Both the position numbers and the translations under genes were made by a program. Below the pieces are notes generated by a model that saw only the letters and a program-made list of their open reading frames with translations, was not told the origin of the DNA and ran no database searches. DNA of 64,000 nucleotides from Lepidodermella squamata (taxonomy: Eukaryota; Animalia; Gastrotricha). Shown here one piece after another: positions 14,477 through 24,998 of this stretch (the first letter of the stretch is position 1; every line of letters starts with the position of its first letter). Location: NCBI GenBank assembly GCA_047495785.1, contig JBLDXI010000024.1, positions 5,332,001 to 5,396,000 on the forward strand, written 5' to 3'.

Positions 14477-14599
14477 GATAAAATCACTAAGATTAGTAAC
14501 AGCACTAACAAAAAAGTGTGTTCGATTCATATAAAATGTGACCATATTGACAAAACCCGTTTACGGTTGATTGAACTTGACTAGTTAAGCTGAGAAGCG

Positions 14600-15140
14600 A
14601 CCAGTAATGCCCAGTAAATTCATTATTCCAACGCGGAGGAACAAGTAGCACTGTAAATAGTAATATGTGGCGTCTTTCTCGATCAGAATATTACAGAGAA
14701 GAAAGGATAAGAAGATGCTTGCTGGTTTCCGAAGTTTTGCCGATGATCCGCGGAACTTTCCAAGCGCGGGGTAACTACACACGCTAAATAAAGTTCAAAT
14801 ATACAAATAAAATATAAATCGTAAATAAAATAAGTAGGAAATTTGTGAATATAACGGATAAATAAAGTTGAAAAAATTATTGACTTTGAAAGCGCGCGCT
14901 GTTGGCCAGCTGACGCCAGGAAATCCGAAACACCCCATGATCATCGTGTGTGACGCGGCTCGTGCCTCGACAGCCTTTGGCAGATAGCGGGCGTCATCGT
15001 TATCGGCCAACACTTATCTTCCTATAGCCTGTAAGACTGATGGGCGCTCCTGCCGAAATTTGCTCTCGTTTCTCCCTGCTTAACTTCATCGACTTGAACT
15101 TTCCAATTATCTTTCGCTAATGTTATCTTGTTTACTACAA
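14600..15140. promoter_or_regulatory. Putative bidirectional promoter between the coiled-coil/CAMK1 unit and PRPS1
   Basis: Head-to-head arrangement with ATGs 14476(-) and 15224(+); CG-containing core with TGACG half-sites. Confidence 0.45.
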
Positions 15141-15223
15141 TTTAGGCTTTACGCGGGAAGAGATACCGCCCTGTCCCCGTAGCACTTTTTGCTACTATCA
15201 ATACTTCAGATTCTCAGGCCGAC

Positions 15224-16230
15224 ATGCCGAATATCAAGATTTTCTCCGGCAACTCTCATCGAGAACTAGCTGGTCTGATATGTAATCGTCTTGGCATCGA
15301 ATTGGGCAGGACTGTATGCAAGAAGTTCAGTAACCAGGAGACATGGTAAGATTGCTATTCAAGTGAAAGCTTTTCCTTCAGTTCCTTATTTTCAGCATTG
15401 AAATCGGTGAATCCGTCCGAGGTGAAGATGTATTCATCGTGCAAAGTGGCTGCGGTGAAGTTAATGACAATCTCATGGAACTATTAATCATGATCCACGC
15501 TTGCAAAATCGCCTCAGCAGCCCGTGTAACCGCCGTCATTCCTCTGTTCCCTTACGCCCGGCAGGACAAGAAAGACAAATCGCGAGCGCCCATCTCTGCG
15601 AAGCTGGTCGCTAATATGTTGTCAGTCGCTGGTGCGGACCATATTATAACCATGGACCTTCACGCCTCTCAGATTCAAGGCTTCTTCGACATTGCCGTCG
15701 ACAATTTGTACGCGGAACCTGCCGTATTGAAGTGGATCCGCGAGAATATCCCTGACTGGAAAAAGTGCGTCGTTGTCTCGCCTGACGCCGGCGGCGCGAA
15801 ACGTGTTACAGCTATTGCGGACCAGCTGAACGTAGATTTCGCCCTGATTCACAAAGAACGGCGTGTTGCAAATGAAATCGCTTCCATGGTGCTGGTCGGT
15901 GATGTGAAAGACCGTGTTTGCATCTTAGTCGACGATATGGCTGATACTTTCGGCACATTCTGCACAGCAGCTGACCGTCTGTTGCAGGGCGGAGCTTCGA
16001 AGGTGTATGCGATAGCTACCCATGGTATCCTATCTGGCAAGGCCATAGCTCGTATTCAGTCATCGCCTTTTGAAGCTGTTGTTGTTACGAACTCGATCCC
16101 GCAGACGGAGCACCAACGGGCGTGTTCGAAAATTCAAATTATTGACATTGCACCGATTCTAGCCGAAGCGATTCGCAGGACGCACAACCACGAATCGATC
16201 AGCTTTTTGTTCAGCCACGTTCCGCTGTAA
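15224..16230 (+). CDS. PRPS1: Ribose-phosphate pyrophosphokinase, 318 aa (exons 15224-15345, 15396-16230)
   Basis: [12 protein letters not shown] start, [51 protein letters not shown] end. Confidence 0.96.
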
Positions 16231-16975
16231 GGCGATTATGAACCTAGAAACGAACCTTACAACATTTTTGCGTGTGATAACGTTCTTTCCCGGCTGTGGA
16301 ATAAAAATACTAATTAGCCACTTCTGAAGTAGAAAAAACCAATCATTTTTAACGAATATTTTCATCATGTTGCGGCGGTTCAAGGAGAACGAGTTGCGTT
16401 TGTGTTGTAGTAATGCAGTCTTCACCTCTTCTTGTCTAGTTCGATGATTCAATTACTTTTTGAGAAAGATTGCGATTGCAATTTTTGGTGCATTCATTTT
16501 CACGCGAACCAGTGACAATAGATACGATAAAATGTTAAAGTAAAGCTTTGTTTTCTACGAAAAATGCGTTTTGTCATTAAGTATATCACTTTGTTTTATT
16601 AACTCTTTTGATTTTTCTTACACGGCGCTTTTTAAAAATCAGAAAGTAATGATCACATGCAAGGTATCACAGCTTCACGGAAATGTGCACATCCATCCAT
16701 TTGCACTTGATTAAAGTGATTAGTAAAAACATGAGTTAATAGGAAAACCTGGAACATGGAAAATGTAATTGTTTTGATGGCGGATTCAAAAATTGACGGT
16801 GAAACCTCACCCAAACGTGAGCCATATAATCCTCCAGTCTGAGCACAAAATAGTTATTCGACAAGGTATAGAGCAGTGACGTATCGTGAGGGTTACATTA
16901 ATTACTGACTAAGTTCCAGCTTATTTCGTATTTTGATGATATCTGTCAAGTGGGTCCTATTTTTGAGGCCATTGT

Positions 16976-19240
16976 TCAGTCGTCCGGGTACCTGGGCGGT
17001 GGCGGACATTTCGGGGGTGAGCCCCAGCCTTTGTAGGGGTGGCATCTAAGGAATCTCTTGCCTGCGACGTTATCACAAACATAAGTCACCGACCAGCCGA
17101 AATTTGCGTACTGGAACTGCTCCGTGATGCGGCCGTAACGAATCAACGGCGGCTTGTCGCAGTTTTTCGGCAGACTCGTGAGTAGGCACTCAAAATCTGG
17201 CTGAGTCCATGTCCCATTTCGTAGGCAAGTTATGATATTCGTCCGGCCAACCATAGCGTAGTCTTTCTCGTCCGAACAGTAGTAGGTAGCCATAGCCCCG
17301 GGAACTAGCGTTACGTAATCAACTGTCGCCAGGGGCAACTCTGGAGGCGGTGGACAGGCCCCAGGGGCTGTTCGGGAAAAATCAATGAAAATCGAACGAA
17401 TTCACGCAATCGGAAGATGACTTACACAAACAGAGGGGCAAAGTTCCGTATTCGTTCATCCAGCGGCCGTCAGGCATGCAAACCACGGTATCGGAGCTGT
17501 AGACGTCGAACCGCGGTGGGCATTCGTACTGGACCCAATCGCGGGGGAAGCCGAACTCGTAAACTGATTTGAGGCTCGACGCGATGATCTAGAGTTTGGT
17601 GGAATCATTATTTGAAATTGAAAATTATACGGCAAATAAGATTATGACAGCAGTACGGAAACCATAATTAAATATAGACTTACATCTGCATCTGGTATGA
17701 ATGGTGGAGGTCCGCATGTGAGCGGCTTTCCATTAGAACCACCAGTCGCCGCACTGTAAGGATTCCAAACACCGATGACCGGACTTCGAGTGAGCGCCGG
17801 GTAGTATCTAGTCGACGGCTTCGGGGTCGGTTGAGTGATCAAAATCGGCAACCAAGGCTGCGGAGGTGGCGCAGTTGGCATCGGCCTCACAGGTGGCTGA
17901 GGGAAGTCAGGCCTAACTCCAGTCCTAAGCCATTCGTCAATCAGTCCATAAAGCCTCGCTAGAACAAGGTCTAACTGGCCGTGATGGTGGTGGTGATGGT
18001 ACGGCCAGTTGACTTCAGCTTGACGACTTGTTGGCGGCATGGTTTGGGGAGGTTGTGGAAATGGCTTCGTAGATGCTGATGCCGTCATCGGAGCTTGCGT
18101 TGACCACGTCAACATAGGCGGGCGGGTCATAGGGGTTGTTGAGGGCGGGGCCCCTTCCGCGCAGACTGGTAGGCTCTCCCTAGCATTCATCCAACGGCCA
18201 TTCAGCAGGCAGACGACGATCTCGGATCCGACGAGATAGAAGCCATCTTGACAGCCATACCTCACCCAATCGTAGGGGCGGCCTATCCTGAAACCGTCTG
18301 CAATTCGTTCTGATATGACGACGGAAAACGGAATGTCAGGCGGTGGTCCGCAGGTTGTGGATGAGTGGAGTAAGGACGGCCCTAATATTGTAGACTTGTA
18401 TGGAGAGCCAGGTTTCCATGCCTTAACCTTTGATGGGATAACAGAGGCTAAGCCACGGTTCGCTCGGTTACTTGGCGTCCATCTGTAGCTGGGCACGTTT
18501 GTTTTACTGACTTTAGGCCTGATTTTCGCTACGGTTGCATTGGGTGACTCAGGCGTCGTCACTGTCGGATGTAATGATATCATAAAAGACGACCCAGACA
18601 ATCCGTCCATCGATGTTACCTCTTCCTCCTCAATCAGCGGTGCTTCAATCTGCGTTTCGTTTTCAATACTTCGATTTCGGCTGATGCAAACTGGGAGGTT
18701 AGGAATTCCGGCGTCAGTTAAAGTCGGCGAAAACGCCCATACGGCGGCAGCAGTTTTGGAGATAAGCAAAGAACTGAACGCCATGGCAGCGCTGGGAGCA
18801 TTTTCGCTGCCGTTGAATAGCATCAAAGCCCTAGAAGAGGCTGCAGAGGAAGATAACAGGAATAGAGAATCAGGCACTTTCCGGCAGACCACAACAGCGC
18901 CTTCTCTAGGAACCATTTCCAACTCAGGGAAGTCAGGGTTTGAACTATTGTTATCGCATTCGAAACGAACCCAATCATACAGAAGACCGATAGGTTGACG
19001 TGGTGAGCCCCCAGATAGCCGTTGCGCGATAATTCGAGCATTAGCGACTTTGGGAGGCGGCCCACAGTTGACTGAAGCAAATTGGTCCGGGTCATAATTT
19101 GACCTCCCAGGGGAGAAACGAGACGAGTAGGAATGACTTTGCCATGCGCCAAAGATTGGGAGGAAGGTGAGGATGAGAGCCAATGAGCCTCGACCGCCGC
19201 AACCAGAGCGTGACGTTCTAGTTGTTGCCGAATCGGGCAT
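16976..19240 (-). CDS. Secreted protein with 5 CCP/sushi domains and Pro/Thr-rich linkers, 703 aa (exons 19240-17684, 17588-17426, 17367-16976)
   Basis: Signal-like LALILTFLPIFGA; CGPPP...YxC..G/F...C...GxW...PxC modules; spliced length 2112 nt is in frame. Confidence 0.8.
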
Positions 19241-19471
19241 TCGAAGTAACGAAATCAAAATTTATCCGATAGCCAGGTCTAGAGAGCCGTGCAAGTTCAT
19301 GGCCTGATTAATTTTCGCGATATAAATGCAACCACAACTAATTGCTCCTATAACGTATATAATAGAAACAATCAAACATGTTATTATGTTTTTTAATCCT
19401 GAAATTTCTTAGCGATATGAATGCATCTCAAGAAACTGGGACTACTCTCGCGAGGAATAAACATACTTTTC

Positions 19472-19487
19472 GAGAGAGAGAGAGAGA
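19472..19487. repeat. (GA)8 microsatellite
   Basis: gagagagagagagaga seen directly. Confidence 0.8.
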
Positions 19488-20620
19488 TCGTGAAATTGAA
19501 ACGATATCGCGGAAAAACAACAACGGGAAATGTAGAACTCGAGCGAAAACAGCAGAAAACAACAAGGCGCTGGTCAAAACAAGCCACAAAAATTACGGGA
19601 CACTAATTATGCATCGGAGGCAGGGTGGCTACTGCCTCTGCATCTAATGATTTTCTTCGCCCTGCAGGTAAGCAGCTTTATTTTAGCAATTGAATTGCCA
19701 ACTGTAATGCCTGAAAACGACACACGTTGCCTGGCATCGCCGCCGCTGACCAGTCGTTGCGCTGCGCAATTTGACAGCAAGAGCGGAAAATCGACTTGCG
19801 CGCTGCTGGTCATTTTAGGCATTGTTCTAATCGATGTCGTTTTGCGTGCGGCCAGCGAAAAAAGAACCGGATATTAGCGGGCGTCTGAAACGCACAGCGG
19901 CTGCGGTTTTTCAAAACTGCGAATGACCAGCGTGCGCACTTCACGCACTATTTTACATACAATTAAACCGGCACCTTTCCTCTCTACGTCACGCGGCTGG
20001 TTTTAATGAAATTACGACGGACTCCGCACCGAACTTGTGCTAGACGAAACCAGTATATATTCACTAGCGATTTAATGTTTGTTTATCCATCAGCTCAGGA
20101 AGTGCAAGGCAGGCCTCGTGATCTGAACGGTCTTGTCGTATTGAAGGGAAACTCACCAAGACGAATATGCTTGCATTTAAGTCAAAATCTTCAAAGAAGC
20201 TGATGTACTGCACTAAACGAACTGAGAGAATCGAAAAGAGCTGCAAAAGCATGCCTAACCGAATTTCCAATGTTATTTTAGTTCATATTCCAAAATGACA
20301 AAAATATAAAGTTTATTAACGTCCTCCAGTTGCCAGCGTCCTCCAGAGTTAAAAAAGGTTAACAGCATGTATACCATTGTGGGACGGACGACCAGCTCGA
20401 GTACGAAGGTTTGGTCGCGAAAAGCCTACTACAGCTGTAAGGGGTCGGTGTCGAACCTTTTGGCTGGGTGTTTTTTTCAAATGTTCAGCTTCTAAGGCAA
20501 AGATTCTGCTTTTTCTTTTTTACTTAGCGAAAATAACATGGGAAAAGCTCAGATCTTGAAAAATGTCTTCAGTTGTATATAGACAATGCACCGGGATGGA
20601 TTTATCATTGTATTTTCAGT

Positions 20621-21648
20621 TCAGCTGTTGTTTTTAGTCATGGTGTCCGAAATCCATTGGGTGAAGGAGGAGACCTGGGTGAAAACAGGCGGGCGTGGGC
20701 CAGCGCACGACTTTTCACCGAACGACACAACTCCGAGTTGCATGTACTTATCGCCAGCGGGGAGTGACAGAGGACCACCTGCATTAGCGTTCAACTATTG
20801 GATCTATTGGCTTTAGGGGAAAACTTACCAGAATCACCAACGCAGGGCGAAGAAGCAGATGCCGAAGCGCAGATCATTTGGTCCTTCGAGTACATGAAGT
20901 TGCCCTAAAATATGTGATCGGAAGTGATTTGGTGAGCTGTGAATTGAAAATGACAGGCGGAGCTTACCCAAGAATTGGCGCAGCTTGTGGAGGTCTGCTG
21001 GGTCAGCGTGGTCTGCTGCAAGAGCGACGGAATGCTTTTGCCATTTCCATTCACAGTGTCACCCCAGCCAATGATCGACAACACGCTGTTCGCCGGCGCC
21101 TGGTACTTACTGGCCGGCAGGCAAACGGTGTTGATGTACTTGGACGAGAAATCGATCTTAGTCTTCAGCTTGATGAGGGCAATGTCGTTTTGGATCTTAA
21201 GTGTCATGGAGAACTTCTCGTGGGGGAGCAGCTTTTCAACCTGGTACTCCTGGGCTTCAGGTTCTTTTGCTCCCGCTGTTTGGTTGAAAGTACCAGCACG
21301 GACTATGTACATCGAAGCGTCTTTCGAGCTGAAGATGGATTATTAGACAATTAGACACAGGAATAAAAGGTTCCATTCTTACTTGAGGAAGCAGTGAGCT
21401 GCGGTGAGAATCCAGCGGTCGCCGATGATCGACCCACCGCAAGTGTGCCGGAATGAACTTCCTACTTTATACTGCAGTGAGATGATCCATGGATACTGGC
21501 CCTTTTCAGCCGTGGTGCCACCGACAATACGGGAAACTGGTAGCTTCGACCTTCCGCATGTATCGTCGTTTCGGACGTCCTCGGCGTCATCGAAAAGGGG
21601 GGCAGCCGCGGCGAAACCGACAAGGCAAATCAAAATGTAAGATTTCAT
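20621..21648 (-). CDS. Secreted S1A serine protease, chymotrypsin/elastase-like (4 exons)
   Basis: Signal [15 protein letters not shown]; activation site R|IVGG; TAAHC, NDIAL and GDSGGP (split by an intron); stop at 20621-20623. Confidence 0.92.
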
Positions 21649-22265
21649 GGTGCGTCGATGGCATAGGTGTGGTTCTCCGCAACCATGGGCCTTAAATAAG
21701 GCCACGGTGGGCGTGTGACCTTTCTTATCATGACATGATGTCTGGCACAGGTGGTGCAATCGGGTTACACTAAAAATTACCATGTTTTATTAGTTTTTTT
21801 TTAATTTCCGCAATTATCGACTTTCTTGGCACTGAAATAACTTGCGTTATTGGCTTCAATTCTTATCGCACCGTGTTGTAACTGCTTTTATCGCTTGGCC
21901 CCATTCTTGGCCTCAGATCTGGATCACGAAATCTGCAGTTTTATGGCAACCTGTTTCAAAGTAGGCGCCCTGCGTGCATAATTACGTCGTCATTACTATG
22001 CGAGTCGAAATAAAATTTATAGCACAATTAACCAAGCTCAACGCCACGAGAGATCACAAGTTTGCATTCTGTAAATCTGAAAGCGAGACCAATGCATTGT
22101 CTGGATTTGCATAGCGACAGATATTGACGGGTTTGAGTATTGCCGTAGCTCTACGGTGCAATGTCAACACTGCCGCGGGTAAACCCCATTTACACGTCTT
22201 CGCAGAACATCGCGCATATTGAATATTCCTATCATATTTTCAATAATTCCATAAATTGATAGCAA

Positions 22266-22349
22266 GTCAGGATGGCCGAGCGGTCTAAGGCGCCAGACTC
22301 AAGATCTGGTCCTCGAAAGAGGGCGTGGGTTCGAACCCCACTTCTGACA
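22266..22349 (+). tRNA. tRNA-Leu(CAA), intronless
   Basis: GTCAGGATGGCCGAG... anticodon arm CCAGA-CTCAAGA-TCTGG, long variable arm, GGTTCGAA, T5 terminator. Confidence 0.95.
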
Positions 22350-22437
22350 CCATTTTTCACATGTTTAGAGTAATTTCCGGTCACTTTCACCGATATAGCA
22401 ACTAATCTTCGAGAGGTTACGCGAAAAAAGTGCCAAC

Positions 22438-22509
22438 TGGAGGCATCGGGGATTGAACCCGAGACCTTCACAATGCGAATGAGACGCTCTACCACTGAGC
22501 TATGCCCCC
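22438..22509 (-). tRNA. tRNA-Ala(CGC), U.U mismatch in anticodon stem
   Basis: GGGGGCATAGCTCAGTGG... TCTCA-TTCGCAT-TGTGA ...GGTTCAA...CCTCCA. Confidence 0.88.
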
Positions 22510-22612
22510 TAGGCTGGTGCAAGAAAAGGTTTGAGCGGTAACACTAAATATTATGATCACAAGTTTCCAGCAGTTGAGAGTGAGCTGAAAGTTTGTTTGA
22601 AAAAACTGATCA

Positions 22613-22684
22613 AGGTCCCATCGAGAATCGAACTCGAGTCGCTGGATTCAGAGTCCAGAGTGCTAACCGCTACACCATGGGACC
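22613..22684 (-). tRNA. tRNA-Gln(CTG)
   Basis: GGTCCCATGGTGTAGCGG... CTGGA-CTCTGAA-TCCAG. Confidence 0.95.
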
Positions 22685-22771
22685 TCTCGAACGCTGGTTT
22701 TGGGAAGGAGAGCTTTAATCTCGTCACTAGCAATGCGTTTGCTGCTTTCAAACCTGTGAGCTAAAAACGTG

Positions 22772-22843
22772 TGCGTCAGCCGGGAGTCGAACCCGGATCG
22801 GCTGCTTGGAAGGCAACCATGCTGACCGTTACACCACTGACGC
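22772..22843 (-). tRNA. tRNA-Gly(TCC)
   Basis: GCGTCAGTGGTGTAACGG... TTGC-CTTCCAA-GCAG. Confidence 0.95.
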
Positions 22844-22918
22844 CTGATGAAAGCGAGGACTGTTCTGGAGGCTAACTGCAGAACTGAGTTTCAGTCGTTA
22901 TAATGCAAAAATAACTGT

Positions 22919-23000
22919 CGTCGCCAGTAGGATTTGAACCTACGCGCGGAGACCGCATCTGATTTCTAGTCAGACCCCTTAACCACTCGGGCATAGCGAC
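22919..23000 (-). tRNA. tRNA-Ser(AGA)
   Basis: GTCGCTATGCCCGAGTGG... TCTGA-CTAGAAA-TCAGA, long variable arm. Confidence 0.95.
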
Positions 23001-23169
23001 TTGAGTGCTCATTCAGCAGTTTAAGAAACGATACACCCCGATCGGCGTAGCTGGCTAGTTTTATATTGGCAACAGTTATACGACTTTGCTGTTTGCTGTA
23101 CTTGCTCTGCGATATCTTAGCTTTGCAAAATGCCGTCTGCAGGATATCAGCAATCTTGTCCACCATCCC

Positions 23170-23253
23170 GTCAGGATGGCCGAGCGGTCCAAGGCGCTGC
23201 GTTCAGGTCGCAGTCAGTTTCCACTGGCGTGGTTTCGAATCCCACTTCTGACA
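23170..23253 (+). tRNA. tRNA-Leu(CAG), G53-to-T change in T-stem/B-box
   Basis: CTGCG-TTCAGGT-CGCAG; T arm reads GTGGT-TTCGAAT-CCCAC instead of GTGGG. Confidence 0.85.
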
Positions 23254-23320
23254 TGCATTTTTCACTTCAGTCCCATTCCTGCCTGCTAATTAGCGCTTGC
23301 AAGCCTCCTTTCGACCGAAT

Positions 23321-23393
23321 GGGGTTGTGGCGCAATGGACAACGCGTCTGACTACGGATCAGAAGATTCCAGGTTCGACTCCTGGCAGCCTCG
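23321..23393 (+). tRNA. tRNA-Arg(ACG)
   Basis: TCTGA-CTACGGA-TCAGA; GGTTCGA. Confidence 0.95.
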
Positions 23394-23472
23394 AGTATTT
23401 TTGATGGCAGTCAACATTCGCCAGCAGTCAACTGCTTCATAATTGTCGGCTTAGGCAATTGATAGCGCCTCA

Positions 23473-23545
23473 GCCCGGTTAGCTCAGTCGGTAGAGCATG
23501 GGACTCTTAATCCCAGGGTCGTGGGTTCGAGCCCCACATCGGGCG
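23473..23545 (+). tRNA. tRNA-Lys(CTT)
   Basis: GCCCGGTTAGCTCAGTCGG... TGGGA-CTCTTAA-TCCCA. Confidence 0.96.
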
Positions 23546-23615
23546 GCAATCAACTTTTTAGCAATTTTCTCAAAAAATTGGCTCGAAACCTATGCGCCGC
23601 AACTAAAAAAGCTGA

Positions 23616-23687
23616 CTCCTTGGCAGGGAATCGAACCCTGGTCTCCCGCGTGACAGGCGGGGATACTAACCACTATACTACCAAGGA
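23616..23687 (-). tRNA. tRNA-Asp(GTC)
   Basis: TCCTTGGTAGTATAGTGG... CCCGC-CTGTCAC-GCGGG. Confidence 0.96.
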
Positions 23688-23783
23688 TGACTGAAGCGTC
23701 TTGAATTGTCAGTGCTTTTGATTTTGCTGCGCTCATAATTTGCCTGATGCACATCGAAGCTGATATGAAAAAACAGGGTCGCT

Positions 23784-23854
23784 TGCATCGGCCGGGAATC
23801 GAACCCGGGCCTCCCGCGTGGCAGGCGAGAATTCTACCACTGAACCACCGATGC
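23784..23854 (-). tRNA. tRNA-Gly(GCC)
   Basis: GCATCGGTGGTTCAGTGG... CTCGC-CTGCCAC-GCGGG. Confidence 0.96.
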
Positions 23855-23938
23855 CGCTGTGATAACATTACATGCGCTCAAGGTTATGGCAAACACCTTT
23901 TGTAATGCTGCCGCTTCAGCTATTAGCTCAAAAAGCTT

Positions 23939-24010
23939 GGGCCCGTCCGGGATTTGAACCCGAGACCTCTCGCACCCAAAGCGAGAATCATACCCCTAGA
24001 CCAACGGGCC
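23939..24010 (-). tRNA. tRNA-Pro(TGG)
   Basis: GGCCCGTTGGTCTAGGGG... CTCGC-TTTGGGT-GCGAG. Confidence 0.96.
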
Positions 24011-24087
24011 TTTGCACATCTATCAGCGCATTTTTACTGACGAACGAATGAAAAGCTGCTACCCAACGAAAGTGAAAAACCATGCAA

Positions 24088-24173
24088 TCCCGCGAGGCGG
24101 ACTTGAACCACCGACCTAAGGATAGCTGCGTTGCATCTACAGTCCTCCGCTCTACCAGCTGAGCTATCGCGGG
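24088..24173 (-). tRNA. tRNA-Tyr(GTA) with 13-nt intron (24124-24136)
   Basis: GAGGA-CTGTAG[ATGCAACGCAGCT]A-TCCTT; intron at the canonical 37/38 position. Confidence 0.95.
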
Positions 24174-24356
24174 TTGGCAGAGCTAAAGCGGCTGAGGATC
24201 ATTGATGAAGGACAGTTCAGCTCTGTTTATATTCTATGCGAAGGCCGATCTAACCTCGGCTACAGCCAAACTGTAACGACAACAACGTGATCATGGCAAC
24301 GCTCGCGTTAAAAGCTACATATTGCTTAGTGGTGATGCCGAGTCTGCGATTAGCCA

Positions 24357-24424
24357 GCTTCTGTGGCGCAATTGGTTAGCGCGTTCGGCTGTTAAGGTTG
24401 GTGGTTCGAGCCCACCCAGGAGCG
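24357..24424 (+). pseudogene. tRNA-Asn(GTT) lacking 6 nt of the 3' anticodon stem
   Basis: TTCGG-CTGTTAA is followed directly by GGTTGG; the expected CCGAAA is absent; 68 nt. Confidence 0.85.
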
Positions 24425-24521
24425 CAATTTTTTATTTGCTGCCAAAGTCATAGCAGCCTGCATTGAGCTCCCTAGCTAAGCTACAAGTTACGCTTCGACC
24501 TTAGCACTGCTGTAAATAACA

Positions 24522-24594
24522 GCCGAGATAGCTCAGTTGGGAGAGCGTTAGACTGAAGATCTAAAGGTCCCTGGTTCGATCCCGGGTCTCGGCG
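24522..24594 (+). tRNA. tRNA-Phe(GAA)
   Basis: GCCGAGATAGCTCAGTTGG... TTAGA-CTGAAGA-TCTAA. Confidence 0.95.
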
Positions 24595-24673
24595 TATCGC
24601 ATGTTTTGCATAAACGCTGGAGACGTTCTAATAAAGTCTTTGGTTGCCAGTTGCCAGTTGGCAAAGTCAGGCT

Positions 24674-24745
24674 GGCCCGTTGGTCTAGGGGTATGATTCT
24701 CGCTTCGGGTGCGAGAGGTCTCGGGTTCAATTCCCGAACGGGCCC
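24674..24745 (+). tRNA. tRNA-Pro(CGG)
   Basis: CTCGC-TTCGGGT-GCGAG. Confidence 0.95.
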
Positions 24746-24836
24746 ATTCTATTTTTTGCACAGAGTTGCTGAAGGGGCGATGACGTTGATAATTTGAGTT
24801 CTTCACAGTTTACGCATACAACAGGGATTTTGCACC

Positions 24837-24908
24837 TCCCTGATGGTCTAGTGGTTAGGATTCCGCGCTTTCACCGCGGCGGCCCGGGTTCGATTCCCGG
24901 TCAGGGAA
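24837..24908 (+). tRNA. tRNA-Glu(TTC)
   Basis: TCCCTGATGGTCTAGTGG... CCGCG-CTTTCAC-CGCGG. Confidence 0.96.
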
Positions 24909-24998
24909 CACTTTTAGCCTTTCCAATTTTGATCCTGAATGGAATGGCTATATAAAAGGGACGGAAGACCTCCGAATGCTGCAAAAAGTGTCAAGACC

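Noticed and set aside
16666-16690. miR-2-like TATCACAGC (also miR-36-like TCACCGGG near 4623 and miR-8-like TAACACTGTC near 4673)
   Set aside because: No complementary arm to form a precursor hairpin.
21889-21960. U2 snRNA-like start (ATCGCTT...GGCC...AGATC)
   Set aside because: No GTGTAGTA branch-recognition sequence or Sm site.
22232-24806. Short ORFs across the tRNA array
   Set aside because: Translations of tRNA sequence, not proteins.
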